A stretch of 53,180 nucleotides of DNA from Gemmatimonadaceae bacterium (GTDB lineage Bacteria > Gemmatimonadota > Gemmatimonadetes > Gemmatimonadales > Gemmatimonadaceae). Positions 18,349 to 27,613 of the stretch are shown here, one piece after another. Each line of letters opens with the position of its first letter. Position 1 is the first letter of the stretch. Location of the stretch: NCBI GenBank assembly GCA_040902005.1, contig JBBDYA010000005.1:1-53180 (forward strand), in the 5' to 3' direction. Both the position numbers and the translations under genes were made by a program. The notes beneath the pieces were generated by a model. It searched no databases. It saw only the letters and a program-made list of their open reading frames with translations, and was not told the origin of the DNA.

Positions 18349-19701
18349 CTATGGGCGCGGCCTCAGTCGACGACTCGGCACGCTGTACAGGAACCCGGTG
18401 TACTGCATCTCCTCCCACGTCTGATCGCCCCACGTCACGTTCGCGGCCGGGTCCGGATTGTCTTCGTTCGACGCCGAGTTGTCGTACCAGGCCATGGACG
18501 TGAGGCGGCCACCCGCGGGGATCTCCAGCGGCGTCGCGAACAGATAGTACGTCTGCCAGTTGAAGTCGTAGCGCGGAACGTCCAGCACGACCTCGGACGT
18601 GCTATCCGGGCGCTCGAGCGTGTACCGCCAGCGCGTGCCGCGCAGGTGCGTGTGTGGCAGCAGTCCCCAGATCTTCACCGGCTGCGTCACGCCGATCTCG
18701 GCCGGCACGGCATGGTCTCTGACGCCGGCGGGGATCGTGAACGCGCCGTTCGTGAACGCGGCGGCGTGGATCTCCTCATCGGGCATTTCGCTGGCGAACC
18801 GGAAGCCGATGGACGTGCGGTCCGTCATCTCGTGGCCGTGCGCGGTGTAGTGCATCTGGAAGGTGAGCACGGTGCCGGGACGCAGCCGCATCGCGGTGCC
18901 GGCGGGGAACGCGACGACGTTCGTGCCCGGCGCGGTGCTGCCGATGAGCGCGCCAAGCACGCGCGGCGGCGGGTGCGCGGAGTCCACGCGGGCCGGGCTG
19001 CGTGGAATGGCGTGCTCCCGCTTGCGGATGAAGAGCGGCTGAGGCGCCGGCGTGCCGGCGGGTCGGGCGACAGGCGCGGGGGGCGGGGCGTCGGGTGCCG
19101 GCGGTACCTTGGCGTAGACCAGCACATGATGCACCACCTCGCGCGATCCCGGCATGATCTCGATGGCCTGCACCCACTTCTCCTCGGCGATGCCGGTGGG
19201 CACCTCGAAGTACTGGTACTCGATGGTGCCCGACGCGGGAACGACGTACGCCTCCGGCATCTGGACGATCGCGTCCGGCGTGCCGATCTCCCAGCCGTCC
19301 GCGAACCGGGGGCGTGGCGGCAGGTGCTTCACATCGCCCGGTTTGGCCCCCGTGTCCAGCCAGCGGGCGATGGTCGCTTTCTCCTCGTCCGTGAGTCGCC
19401 GGTCATTGAGGAACACGCCGCGCGGACCGGTGGCCTGCCACGGCGGCATCCGTCCGGCCGTCACCATCGCCTTCATTCGGCGGAGGTTCGGCGTCACGCT
19501 GTCGTAGTCCAGCACGGAAAACGGACCCAGCCCACCCGGCCGATGGCAGCTCGCGCAGCTGCGGTAGAAGATGGGGGCCACGTCCTGCGCGAACGTAGGG
19601 TCCGCGAGGCGGGCACCGCGTGCCTCTGGAAGGCGCGACGCCGACGCCGCGATACCGGCGATAGCGACGACGACGAGCGGGATCACGCGAAACGGTTTCA
19701 T
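18349..19701 (-). CDS. Exported cytochrome c fused to a copper type II (PHM-like) monooxygenase domain
   Basis: 450 aa with a signal peptide. CASCH heme motif, MPPW, VVHHVLV, QMHY, PHTHLRG, YDFNWQ..Y, EEM. Confidence 0.82.
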   Translation of the reverse strand: MKPFRVIPLVVVAIAGIAASASRLPEARGARLADPTFAQDVAPIFYRSCASCHRPGGLGPFSVLDYDSVTPNLRRMKAMVTAGRMPPWQATGPRGVFLNDRRLTDEEKATIARWLDTGAKPGDVKHLPPRPRFADGWEIGTPDAIVQMPEAYVVPASGTIEYQYFEVPTGIAEEKWVQAIEIMPGSREVVHHVLVYAKVPPAPDAPPPAPVARPAGTPAPQPLFIRKREHAIPRSPARVDSAHPPPRVLGALIGSTAPGTNVVAFPAGTAMRLRPGTVLTFQMHYTAHGHEMTDRTSIGFRFASEMPDEEIHAAAFTNGAFTIPAGVRDHAVPAEIGVTQPVKIWGLLPHTHLRGTRWRYTLERPDSTSEVVLDVPRYDFNWQTYYLFATPLEIPAGGRLTSMAWYDNSASNEDNPDPAANVTWGDQTWEEMQYTGFLYSVPSRRLRPRP

Positions 19702-19788
19702 GGCTACTCCCTCGGGGGGGGGGCGTGCGCTGGATGGCCCAAAGTTGCATCGGGGACGCGAAAAGCGCACGGGGTCGTCAGCTGGTCC

Positions 19789-20253
19789 TCACGGGGACGG
19801 GCGCACCAGTGTGCGAAAATACGTGTCGAAGTCGTCGTGGAGGATCTTCATCGCCGGGCTCTCGAGCATCTTCCGGAACGATTCCTCCCGGGTGAGCTGG
19901 AGCATGCGCTTTTCCCACGACTGGAAGTAGTCCTCAGGCAGTTGCCCCTGCCGGTGCGCGTACCAGGCGATCTCGAACAGCGACAGCTGCATCAGGTTGA
20001 GGAAGTACTCCTGGATCTCGCGGTCCGAGCGCAGGTGGGCCACGTCCAGGTGGTGCACCGACGCCAGCGACGGATTGTCCACGCGCATTCTGCGGAGCTG
20101 GTACTGCATCTCCACCAGCTTCGCGAAGTTCGCCACGCCCTGCGCCTTGCGCGCCTCGCGGAACTGGATGGCGGTATACAGCAGCCCACCCGCGATCGCG
20201 AAGGCGGACAGCGCCTGGAGCGTGACTTGGAGCAGTTGAATGGTGGGAGACAC
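19789..20253 (-). CDS. Hypothetical protein with N-terminal TM helix (DUF6082/DUF4760-like)
   Basis: Strong codon bias; TM segment followed by a helical domain. Start inferred. Confidence 0.7.
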   Translation of the reverse strand: MSPTIQLLQVTLQALSAFAIAGGLLYTAIQFREARKAQGVANFAKLVEMQYQLRRMRVDNPSLASVHHLDVAHLRSDREIQEYFLNLMQLSLFEIAWYAHRQGQLPEDYFQSWEKRMLQLTREESFRKMLESPAMKILHDDFDTYFRTLVRPSP

Positions 20254-20453
20254 GAAGCCTGCCGTCGTTTCTGGTGAAAGGGATGGTCGCCGTTGACGGA
20301 AACTAGATTGTGACACCGGCACGCCGGAGGACCTGGTGGACAAGACGGAGAAGGCACTGCGGGCGCTGGAAGAGCGCTTTTTCGATGCTCGATCCGGACA
20401 AGGTCGAATGAGGTCGTGGTGGCTCCTTCATTGCATCTTGCCGGCCTGAACCC

Positions 20454-20783
20454 ATGTGGATGGAGTACGCGATGGCCGACGGGAGGGACTCGCATTTCGA
20501 CGGACTGGCGGCGCGAGCGCCGAGCGGACTGGGCGACGTCGTACGGCCGAAGCCGGTACTCAACCCGTTCGAGGTGTACCAGCAGGGACAAGGCATTCTG
20601 CTCGAGGAACTCCGCGCGCTGTCCAGGGATCGCCTGCGCGACATCGCGCTCGCCTACGAATTCGCCTCGCAGGCGGGTGCAGACGTCGCGAGCCGCGAGG
20701 AGCTGACCGCCATCATCGTGGGTGGCGTGCTGCGTCCATCCGGAAGCGAACTCGCTCCGGACGATCTGACTTCGCCGCGGTAG
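20454..20783 (+). CDS. Hypothetical protein
   Basis: 109 aa with typical codon usage; VLNPFEVYQQG...L..L....L.DI..AY. Confidence 0.6.
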   Translation: MWMEYAMADGRDSHFDGLAARAPSGLGDVVRPKPVLNPFEVYQQGQGILLEELRALSRDRLRDIALAYEFASQAGADVASREELTAIIVGGVLRPSGSELAPDDLTSPR

Positions 20784-20820
20784 GCCACCCGCACGCGGCA
20801 CGTGGACTGGATCGAGAGCG

Positions 20821-22311
20821 CTACCGGTCCGCTGCTGCCGGCGAGCGATCCACCACGCGGTGCGCGAGCGCCGACTGCCGGTGCAACCGGCCGCCGCGCA
20901 TCACGTGGGTGAGCGACCGGAAGGCGCGCACGTTGACGCGTGGGTCCTCCATTAACACCAGCAGGTCCGCGAGCTTTCCCGTCTCGAGCGTGCCGAAGTC
21001 ACTGGCCCGCCGCATCGCACGGGCGCCGTTTCGTGTGGACATCACCACGATGTCGGCCGCCGGAATCCCGGCTGCCTGCATCGCCTCCATCTCGGCGTAG
21101 ATGGACGGTCCATGCAGGGTGAGCGGATTCCCGGCGTCCGTCGCGGTGGCGACGATGCCGCCCGCCGCGTGCACGCGCCGCACGTTCTCGGCCATCACGA
21201 CCGCGCGCGCCCCGACGCCCTCCAGCCGCCGATAGGCCAGTTCGGGATCGCGGCGGTCCTCCGGAATCAGCGCGCGCAGCGGATCCACATTGGCCACCTT
21301 GGCCACGGTGCTCGAGTCCACGCAGCCGAGTGGGTCATCCACCGGAAACCGCACGCCCAGGGCGATCGACACGCTGGCGCGCGTGGCGTTGCGCCCCACC
21401 ACCAGAGTTGGCGCATAGACGGCGCGGTTTGCCGCGAGCAGGTCGAGAAACTCCTGGTCCACGGGCTGGTTCTCCACGCTGTGCACGAGCAGGACGGCTC
21501 CGGCCCGCAGCGCGACCTTGGCCTCGCGCAGTCCGGTGGCGTGGACGATCAGGTCCAGTTCCGCGGCGCGGGCGGCCGCGCCGACGTCGAGCATGCGCGC
21601 GTCGAGCTCCTCGCGGCGCGCGGGTGACGGCGCCAGGTACCAGACCTTCACCGCGGACGATCCCATGTCCTTCAGTCGCGCCACGCTGGTCCGCACTTCG
21701 GCGGACGTCGCCATCGGCAGGAAGGTGTAGATCTCGTCATCCACCCTGAGCGCGGACCGCGACGCGTGCGTGATCAGCGGACCGGCGGCGCGAACGCGCG
21801 GGGCCATCGGATCCGCTTCCGCGCGAGACGGCAGCGCCGTGGTCCAGGGGTGGCCGCCCACGTCATAGACCGCGGTGATCCCGCTGCACAGGTAGGACTG
21901 GTACCACCGGGCGGGGTTGGCTCGCAGCGCGCGGGCGGTCTCGGCGTACGGATACAGCGCCGGCGCGCTGATGCCGTCGGGTCGCCCGTCCACCCAGCCG
22001 GTCTGGCTGAAGTGCACGTGCGCGTCCACGAGTCCCGGCGTAATGAAGCGTCCGGACACGTCCACCCGCTCCGCGCCGGCAGGAACCGGGCACTGCGCGA
22101 CGGTCCCCACGCAACTGATGCGATCGCCGCTCACGACCACCACCGCGTTGGCGATCCCGGGGCGTCCGGTCCCATCCACGACGGTGCCGCCGATCAATGC
22201 AGTGGACTGTGCGGCGGCGGTGTTGGCGGCCAGGAGCAGGGCGGCGAGGCAGCCGCGCACTTCCGCGCTGTGGTCGCGCGAGCGCTGACTGAAGGACGGG
22301 AGCGTTGCCAC
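20821..22311 (-). CDS. Exported amidohydrolase-family protein
   Basis: PGLVDAHVH, HAT, HSV, ATDAG, GTLETGKLADL. Signal peptide; GTG start with GAGG upstream. Confidence 0.9.
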   Translation of the reverse strand: MATLPSFSQRSRDHSAEVRGCLAALLLAANTAAAQSTALIGGTVVDGTGRPGIANAVVVVSGDRISCVGTVAQCPVPAGAERVDVSGRFITPGLVDAHVHFSQTGWVDGRPDGISAPALYPYAETARALRANPARWYQSYLCSGITAVYDVGGHPWTTALPSRAEADPMAPRVRAAGPLITHASRSALRVDDEIYTFLPMATSAEVRTSVARLKDMGSSAVKVWYLAPSPARREELDARMLDVGAAARAAELDLIVHATGLREAKVALRAGAVLLVHSVENQPVDQEFLDLLAANRAVYAPTLVVGRNATRASVSIALGVRFPVDDPLGCVDSSTVAKVANVDPLRALIPEDRRDPELAYRRLEGVGARAVVMAENVRRVHAAGGIVATATDAGNPLTLHGPSIYAEMEAMQAAGIPAADIVVMSTRNGARAMRRASDFGTLETGKLADLLVLMEDPRVNVRAFRSLTHVMRGGRLHRQSALAHRVVDRSPAAADR

Positions 22312-22541
22312 GGGACCTCGCGGGTATGGAGGTGTGAGTCGAGCCGGCGACCGGACCTGGTCGCGGGGAGCCGCGAACGGCGCGACCATGATCTGCCAAG
22401 ATACGCAGGCACAGCAGGGAGGCCACCTGTCGCGCCTGGGACCGTGCGAATTCTGTCGTGCCGACGCACCTTTCATTCGTGCGGAGTTCCGCGTGCCCCC
22501 CTGGTCCAACCACTTGGCGCCCCCCCCTGACTGAGTTCCGG

Positions 22542-22997
22542 ATGAAACGGACGGTCCTGCTGTACGGCATCACTGGCGGCCTGCTCATCGCGGGGCTCAA
22601 GTTCATCGAGTACCGCTTTCTCGTCGTCGAGCACTCGCTGGAGATCTACGGCGGGCTGGTAGCGCTCGTGTTTTCCGCGGTGGGGTTGTGGCTGGGCAGG
22701 CGACTCACGCGACCGGCGGAGACCGGGCTGGCCGCGGTCGCGGGCGCGGCGCCGGCCAGCTCGGGCGAGCCCTTCGTGCTGGATGGGGCGCGCCTTCAGC
22801 AGCTCGGGATCACGCCGCGCGAGCGGGAGATTCTGGAGCTCATCGCGGCCGGCCTGAGCAACCAGGAGATCGCGGACCGGCTGTTCGTCACGCAGAACAC
22901 CGTGAAGACGCACGCCAGCCGTGTGTTCGAGAAGCTCAACGCGAGGCGCCGGACGCAGGCCGTCCGGATCGCGAAGGCGGAGCGACTCATCCCCTGA
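22542..22997 (+). CDS. LuxR-type HTH regulator with two N-terminal TM helices
   Basis: GITPREREILELIAAGLSNQEIADRLFVTQNTVKTH. Confidence 0.92.
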   Translation: MKRTVLLYGITGGLLIAGLKFIEYRFLVVEHSLEIYGGLVALVFSAVGLWLGRRLTRPAETGLAAVAGAAPASSGEPFVLDGARLQQLGITPREREILELIAAGLSNQEIADRLFVTQNTVKTHASRVFEKLNARRRTQAVRIAKAERLIP

Positions 22998-23043
22998 AAG
23001 GATGATTTGCGAAGAACGAACGCAAATTCGTTCTTTCGGGTGA
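22987..23043. promoter_or_regulatory. Putative LuxR/NarL-type binding boxes upstream of the DUF4199 gene
   Basis: TCATCC-N7-GGATGA (22987-23005) and degenerate TCGTTC-N4-GGGTGA (23028-23043); TACTCT -10-like hexamer at 23067-23072. Confidence 0.55.
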
Positions 23044-23104
23044 CGCGCAACCGGCGGTCTCGCCGCTACTCTGCGGGCGAACCCACCCACCTGGAGCGCA
23101 CGAC

Positions 23105-23662
23105 ATGAAACGGACAGTACTGACGTACGGGCTGATCGCGGGCGGCATCCTGTCGCTGATGATGGTCATCACCATGCCATTCCACGCCTCCATCGGCATT
23201 GATCGGCTCGAGGTCATCGGCTACACGTCGATGGTGCTCGCCTTCCTGCTGATTTATTTCGGCGTGCGGTCATACCGGGACACCGTGAGTGGGGGGGCGC
23301 TGAGTTTCGGCCGCGCGTTCTCGGTCGGCGCGCTCATCGTGCTGGTGGCGTCGGCGTGCTACGTGGCCACCTGGGAAGTGATCTACTTCGGCACGGATTC
23401 CGATTTCGTTGCCTCGTACCAGGAGCACCTGCTGGAGGGGGAGCGGAGCCGCGGCGCGACGGAGGCGGAACTCGAGGCGCGCAGGGCGGAACTGGCTCGG
23501 TTCGCGGAGATGTACAGGAACCCCGTCATCAACGTGGCCCTCACCTTTCTGGAGCCGCTGCCGGTCGGGCTGCTCTTCGCGCTGGTGTCGGCCGGCCTGC
23601 TCCGGCGAAAGGAGTTGGGCAGCGGAGCGCCGGGGGGGGAGGGGGAACCGGCCACGACATGA
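23105..23662 (+). CDS. DUF4199-family membrane protein
   Basis: IGYTSMVLAF..I.FGVRSYRD, SFGRAF.VG, TF.EPLPVG. SD GGAG. Confidence 0.85.
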   Translation: MKRTVLTYGLIAGGILSLMMVITMPFHASIGIDRLEVIGYTSMVLAFLLIYFGVRSYRDTVSGGALSFGRAFSVGALIVLVASACYVATWEVIYFGTDSDFVASYQEHLLEGERSRGATEAELEARRAELARFAEMYRNPVINVALTFLEPLPVGLLFALVSAGLLRRKELGSGAPGGEGEPATT

Positions 23663-23674
23663 GCCGGACGCGGC

Positions 23675-24646
23675 TCACCGCGGCATCGACTGCCCGTCGA
23701 TCAGGATGTCGTCGCCCACGAACGACGTGGCGGCCAGCCGCCATCCGCCGTCCCGGTGCACCCATCGGTCCACCCGCCGCTGCGTGGCCTGCCGCGTGTA
23801 CGACGCGCCGGCGGCCACGAACCGGCCGGCCGCGTCCACGACCTTCGCGGACTGCGTGGTGAGCACGAGCGCCTCCACCGTGTCACCGCGCACGAGGATA
23901 TTCCGGATGGTCACGTCCACCGTGTAGTCGGTGAGCGCGGAGGCATTCGTGTTCGCTGATGCCTGTGCGGCGCGCTGGAGGGTCTGATAGTTGGACGTTC
24001 GCGCCAGGTATCCCGCGCCTGTCCAGTTCACGTACGTGAGGGTCGAGTCGGCGTGGCTCACGAACCAGGCGGAAAGCGCGGCGGGGTTCTGGAGCATCCG
24101 GTCGCGCAGATCGCCGTAGAACGGCCGGAGCGCGTCCTCCGCGACCGTCGCCGGCGCGTCACCGAATCCCGCGCAGTCAATGCGCCGAAATGCGAACGAG
24201 ATCGGCTGCCGCCGTCCGGCGCGATCCCCCTCGATGCGCGCCACGAGCGAATCGGCGCCACGTCGCGAGTAGACGATGCGTTGGGGAAAATCGTGCGCCG
24301 GGTTCTCGAACACGAGTTCCGCTGGCGTGACCGTGGTGGCGCGGAACTCCGTGAGTGCCTGCATGGACGGGTGCGCCGCGTACACGAGGGTACCGTCCGA
24401 GAGATAAATCCGGAGACGCTCGCCCGCGGTCTCGGCGCCGCCCGCGAACGTCCGGCTCTCGCCGCGCATTGCTCCCGAGACCGGCGGATGCCACCGCTCC
24501 ACGGTGCGCCGCGCGGCGGACGCGCGCTCCCAGCAGCCCGTGAGCCATTGCACGTCGCCGGTCGAATGCGCCTGGGCGGAAAGGAAGGACGGACTGCCAC
24601 TCAGGATGGCGACACCGACCGCGGTGACGATGGACGTGCGCGACAT
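23675..24646 (-). CDS. Exported DUF6265-domain protein with C-terminal NTF2/DUF4440-like domain
   Basis: WLTGCW, FENPAHDFPQRI.Y, then GDTVEA...DRWV..DGGWRL. Confidence 0.75.
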   Translation of the reverse strand: MSRTSIVTAVGVAILSGSPSFLSAQAHSTGDVQWLTGCWERASAARRTVERWHPPVSGAMRGESRTFAGGAETAGERLRIYLSDGTLVYAAHPSMQALTEFRATTVTPAELVFENPAHDFPQRIVYSRRGADSLVARIEGDRAGRRQPISFAFRRIDCAGFGDAPATVAEDALRPFYGDLRDRMLQNPAALSAWFVSHADSTLTYVNWTGAGYLARTSNYQTLQRAAQASANTNASALTDYTVDVTIRNILVRGDTVEALVLTTQSAKVVDAAGRFVAAGASYTRQATQRRVDRWVHRDGGWRLAATSFVGDDILIDGQSMPR

Positions 24647-24736
24647 GAGACGCTCGGGGAGGGGGAGGGGGGCAAACTGGGCGCAGCAAACTGCGCGCGT
24701 CGCTGCGCGCGTGCTTGGAAAAATACGACAGCGACA

Positions 24737-25549
24737 CTATCTACCGCGAGACTCGAGCATCAGTTCCGTGAGCGATTCGGCACGCGGAGTGAACTGCGAG
24801 GGGGCGCAACCGGCCAGCGCCTGAAAGTCGAGATTCAGGTGCGACTCGTCGTAGTAGCCACAACGCGCCGCGATCGCCGCCCAGGGCAGTGCGTCGTGCG
24901 TCCGCGCGAGGCCGATGGCGCGCTGGAGCCGGGTGATCCGGACGAGCGTCTTGGGACCGAGCCCAACGTCGTGCGCGAACGCCCGCTGCATCGTCCGCGT
25001 CGTCACGCCAAGCTCGCCCGCCAGCGCGCGCATCGAGGGCAGCTCCCTCCGATCGCGGATGATGCGCACGGCCGCCGCCGTGACCCGACCGGTCCAGTTG
25101 GATCGTCGCGCGCGCAGCCAGGCTGTGGTCACGTCGAGTCGCGTCTGGTCATCCGCGGCCGCAAGCAGGTGTTCCGCGAGACTCGCGAACCCGCCGTATT
25201 CCGGTGCGGCGATGTCGATCGACTGGTTTCTGAGCGCCGCCGCCGGCGCACGCACGAACGCGCGGGATGCCCATGGTTGCAGCCGGATCCCAACAAGATG
25301 AAGGTCACCAGACGGACGGATGACGACGGGGCCCGTGGGCTGGCCCACGAGCATCGCCCGTGGCTGCGCCTGCGCCGGGTGGGCGGGCGACAGTTGGTGG
25401 ATGACGTCCCCGAGGTTCAGGACGATCTCGACCGACCCATCCGGTACGATTGGCATGATGCCGCCGGCGCCGCCGTCGGCTCGGAGCAGCCATACGCAGC
25501 GCACAGTGTCGCGCAGGTCGGGTGGCGATCGCTCGAGGAACTGAAACAT
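24737..25549 (-). CDS. AraC-family regulator with N-terminal DUF6597-like domain
   Basis: VPDGSVEI, RTMQRAF...VGLGPK, CGYYDESHL..DF..LAG..P. Confidence 0.9.
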   Translation of the reverse strand: MFQFLERSPPDLRDTVRCVWLLRADGGAGGIMPIVPDGSVEIVLNLGDVIHQLSPAHPAQAQPRAMLVGQPTGPVVIRPSGDLHLVGIRLQPWASRAFVRAPAAALRNQSIDIAAPEYGGFASLAEHLLAAADDQTRLDVTTAWLRARRSNWTGRVTAAAVRIIRDRRELPSMRALAGELGVTTRTMQRAFAHDVGLGPKTLVRITRLQRAIGLARTHDALPWAAIAARCGYYDESHLNLDFQALAGCAPSQFTPRAESLTELMLESRGR

Positions 25550-25588
25550 GGCGACGAAGATGCAACGGTGCGCGCCGTGAAGCGATGC

Positions 25589-25948
25589 CTAGCTGATGAT
25601 CCGACCCAATGATCTGGCGAGCAGCGCCATCAACAGGAACGCGACTGCGGCAAACCCGATTCCGGCGCTCAGGATCCTGAGCGCACGCATCATGATGGCG
25701 CGACGGCGAGGGGCGTCTGGCTGCTCGCCCAGTTCGCGGTCCGCGATGCCCCACGTTCCGAAGGCACCGACGCACGTGGATACGGCAAGCAGCAACTCCC
25801 ATCCCGGGCCTCGCCACACGATCACGAGCATGGTGGCAACCAGCCCACCGACCGCGTCCACCGTCAACTCGCTGTCCGACGCGTGGCGCGCGCGCGCAGC
25901 AAGGAACTCCGGCAGACTCGCCTCAGGGCGGGGCACTGTATCGATCAT
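25589..25948 (-). CDS. Hypothetical small membrane protein
   Basis: 119 aa from ATG 25948 with three hydrophobic segments. Confidence 0.65.
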   Translation of the reverse strand: MIDTVPRPEASLPEFLAARARHASDSELTVDAVGGLVATMLVIVWRGPGWELLLAVSTCVGAFGTWGIADRELGEQPDAPRRRAIMMRALRILSAGIGFAAVAFLLMALLARSLGRIIS

Positions 25949-25968
25949 CGGGATCCTGCCCGGCCTCG

Positions 25969-26820
25969 CTAAGCCGGGACGTGTATGCGTTCCTTGATGT
26001 GTTTCAGGTTGGCGACGATCGTGAAGGTCATGATCACCAGCAGCGACCACGAGCTCCACTTGCTGAAGTGAACGGTGGTCCACGCCCCGAGCTGATGCGG
26101 ATACCTCCAGATGCCGAAGAACGTGCTGATGTTTTCCGCGAGCCAGATGAAGAAGCCGATCAGCAGGAACGCCACCAGCAGCGGCATTGTCCGGTCGAGG
26201 TCCCGGGGTCGGAACTGCACGAAGGTACGCGCGTAGAGCCCGAGCGCCAGCACGGCGAGGTACCACCGGTAATCGGGGACGTAGTGGTGCGTGAAGAAGT
26301 TCGCGTAGATCGCGACCGCCACCACGGCCGCCATCCAGTATGGCGGGTGGTGCCTGATGCGGAGATCGAAGAGCCGCCACGCCTGAATGATGTAGCTGCC
26401 CACCGCCGCGTACATGAATCCGGCGAATAAGGGCACGCCGAGCACCTTGGAGTACGCGGCGTCCGGATAGCTCCACGACTGGATGCTGCCGGACGTCTTG
26501 AACGCCTCGAGCGCGAAACCGATCAGGTGAAAAAGCGTGATCGCTTTCAACTCGTCCCAGCTCTCGAGCTTCGCCCAGACCATCCATCCCTGGATGGCCA
26601 GGGCGATGAGCAGCAGGAGATCGTAGCGGGGAATGCCGAACAGTCCTCCGCGCGGCACGCCGAACACCGCGGCGAAGAAAAGACCCGCGAACAGGCAGGC
26701 CCGTGCCTGTTTGATGCCGAAGTAGAGAAACTCCACCACCCCGCGCCGCCAACCGGACAGGGTGGGCCGCGCCGGGGGGGGGGGATCCATCAATCGGGCG
26801 TCGAGCGAGGCGATGGGCAT
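25969..26820 (-). CDS. DUF817-family membrane protein
   Basis: FGIKQARACLF, RYDLLL, GVPLFAGFMYAAVGSY, FIWLAENI.TF. Confidence 0.9.
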   Translation of the reverse strand: MPIASLDARLMDPPPPARPTLSGWRRGVVEFLYFGIKQARACLFAGLFFAAVFGVPRGGLFGIPRYDLLLLIALAIQGWMVWAKLESWDELKAITLFHLIGFALEAFKTSGSIQSWSYPDAAYSKVLGVPLFAGFMYAAVGSYIIQAWRLFDLRIRHHPPYWMAAVVAVAIYANFFTHHYVPDYRWYLAVLALGLYARTFVQFRPRDLDRTMPLLVAFLLIGFFIWLAENISTFFGIWRYPHQLGAWTTVHFSKWSSWSLLVIMTFTIVANLKHIKERIHVPA

Positions 26821-26846
26821 TGTGCGTGTGCGCGGTCCGCTGACGG

Positions 26847-27539
26847 TCAGCGCCAGGCCGCGATCTCGTGGAGGGGCTTCCGCGCCAGGTCGGGGACGCG
26901 GGCGTTGGCCGCGGGGTAGCCCACTGGCATGACCAGCATCGCCTTTTCGTTGGCGGGACGCTGAAGCAGCTCCGCCAGGAACGTCATGGGGCTGGGCGTG
27001 TGCGTGAGCGTCACCAGCCCCATGCGGTGCACGGCGGCGATGAAGAGGCCCGCCGCGATGCCGCACGACTCCTGCGCGTAGTAGTGCGTCCGGCGGTCGC
27101 CGTCGGCGCGCAGGCCGTACGCCTGTCGGAAGAGGACCACGACCCACGGCGCGTCGGTGAGGTGGGTCTTGTGCTCGTCAGTGCCCAGGGGTGCCAGCGC
27201 TTCGAGCCATTCGTCCGGCGCTCGTCCGTGATAGAACTCGCGTTCCTCGCGCTCGGCCGCAGCGCGGAGGTGACGCTTCGTGGCGGCGTCGGATACCGCC
27301 ACGAACGTCCAGGGCTGCTGGTGGGCGCCGCTGGGCGCGGTGCCGGCGGTTTGTATCGCCAGCGCGATCGCCTCCCGCGGCACCGCCTCGGATGAGAAGT
27401 GCCGAGTCGTCCTGCGCCGGTTCATCTCGGTGTAGAACGCGTGACCCCTGATCAGGGTCTCGTCCACCGACACGCGCTCGAAGGGCAGCGGGATGGTGAG
27501 CGGAAGGGGGGGGGGAGTGTCTGATTTCGATGCTGGCAT
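26847..27539 (-). CDS. Nitroreductase-superfamily protein, iodotyrosine deiodinase (IYD)-like
   Basis: RRTTRHFS, APSGAHQQPW, EREEREFY, LGTDEHK, ESCGIAAG, LTHTPSPM, RK. Confidence 0.85.
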   Translation of the reverse strand: MPASKSDTPPPLPLTIPLPFERVSVDETLIRGHAFYTEMNRRRTTRHFSSEAVPREAIALAIQTAGTAPSGAHQQPWTFVAVSDAATKRHLRAAAEREEREFYHGRAPDEWLEALAPLGTDEHKTHLTDAPWVVVLFRQAYGLRADGDRRTHYYAQESCGIAAGLFIAAVHRMGLVTLTHTPSPMTFLAELLQRPANEKAMLVMPVGYPAANARVPDLARKPLHEIAAWR

Positions 27540-27613
27540 GGTGCACGGAACGTTCACTCCGCGCGCGTAGCGTCAAGTGCCGCAGGGCTCGTTAATTGCG
27601 TGGACTGCCGTCT

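Noticed and set aside
18061..20277. Long antisense or alternate-frame ORFs (for example the 738-aa ORF here and others over 400 aa across the window).
   Set aside because: Arg/Gly/Ala-rich shadow ORFs typical of high-GC DNA, overlapping well-supported genes.
20312..20449. Coding-like fragment DTGTPEDLVDKTEKALRALEERFF...
   Set aside because: No start codon before this segment and too short to assign; at most an unidentifiable remnant.
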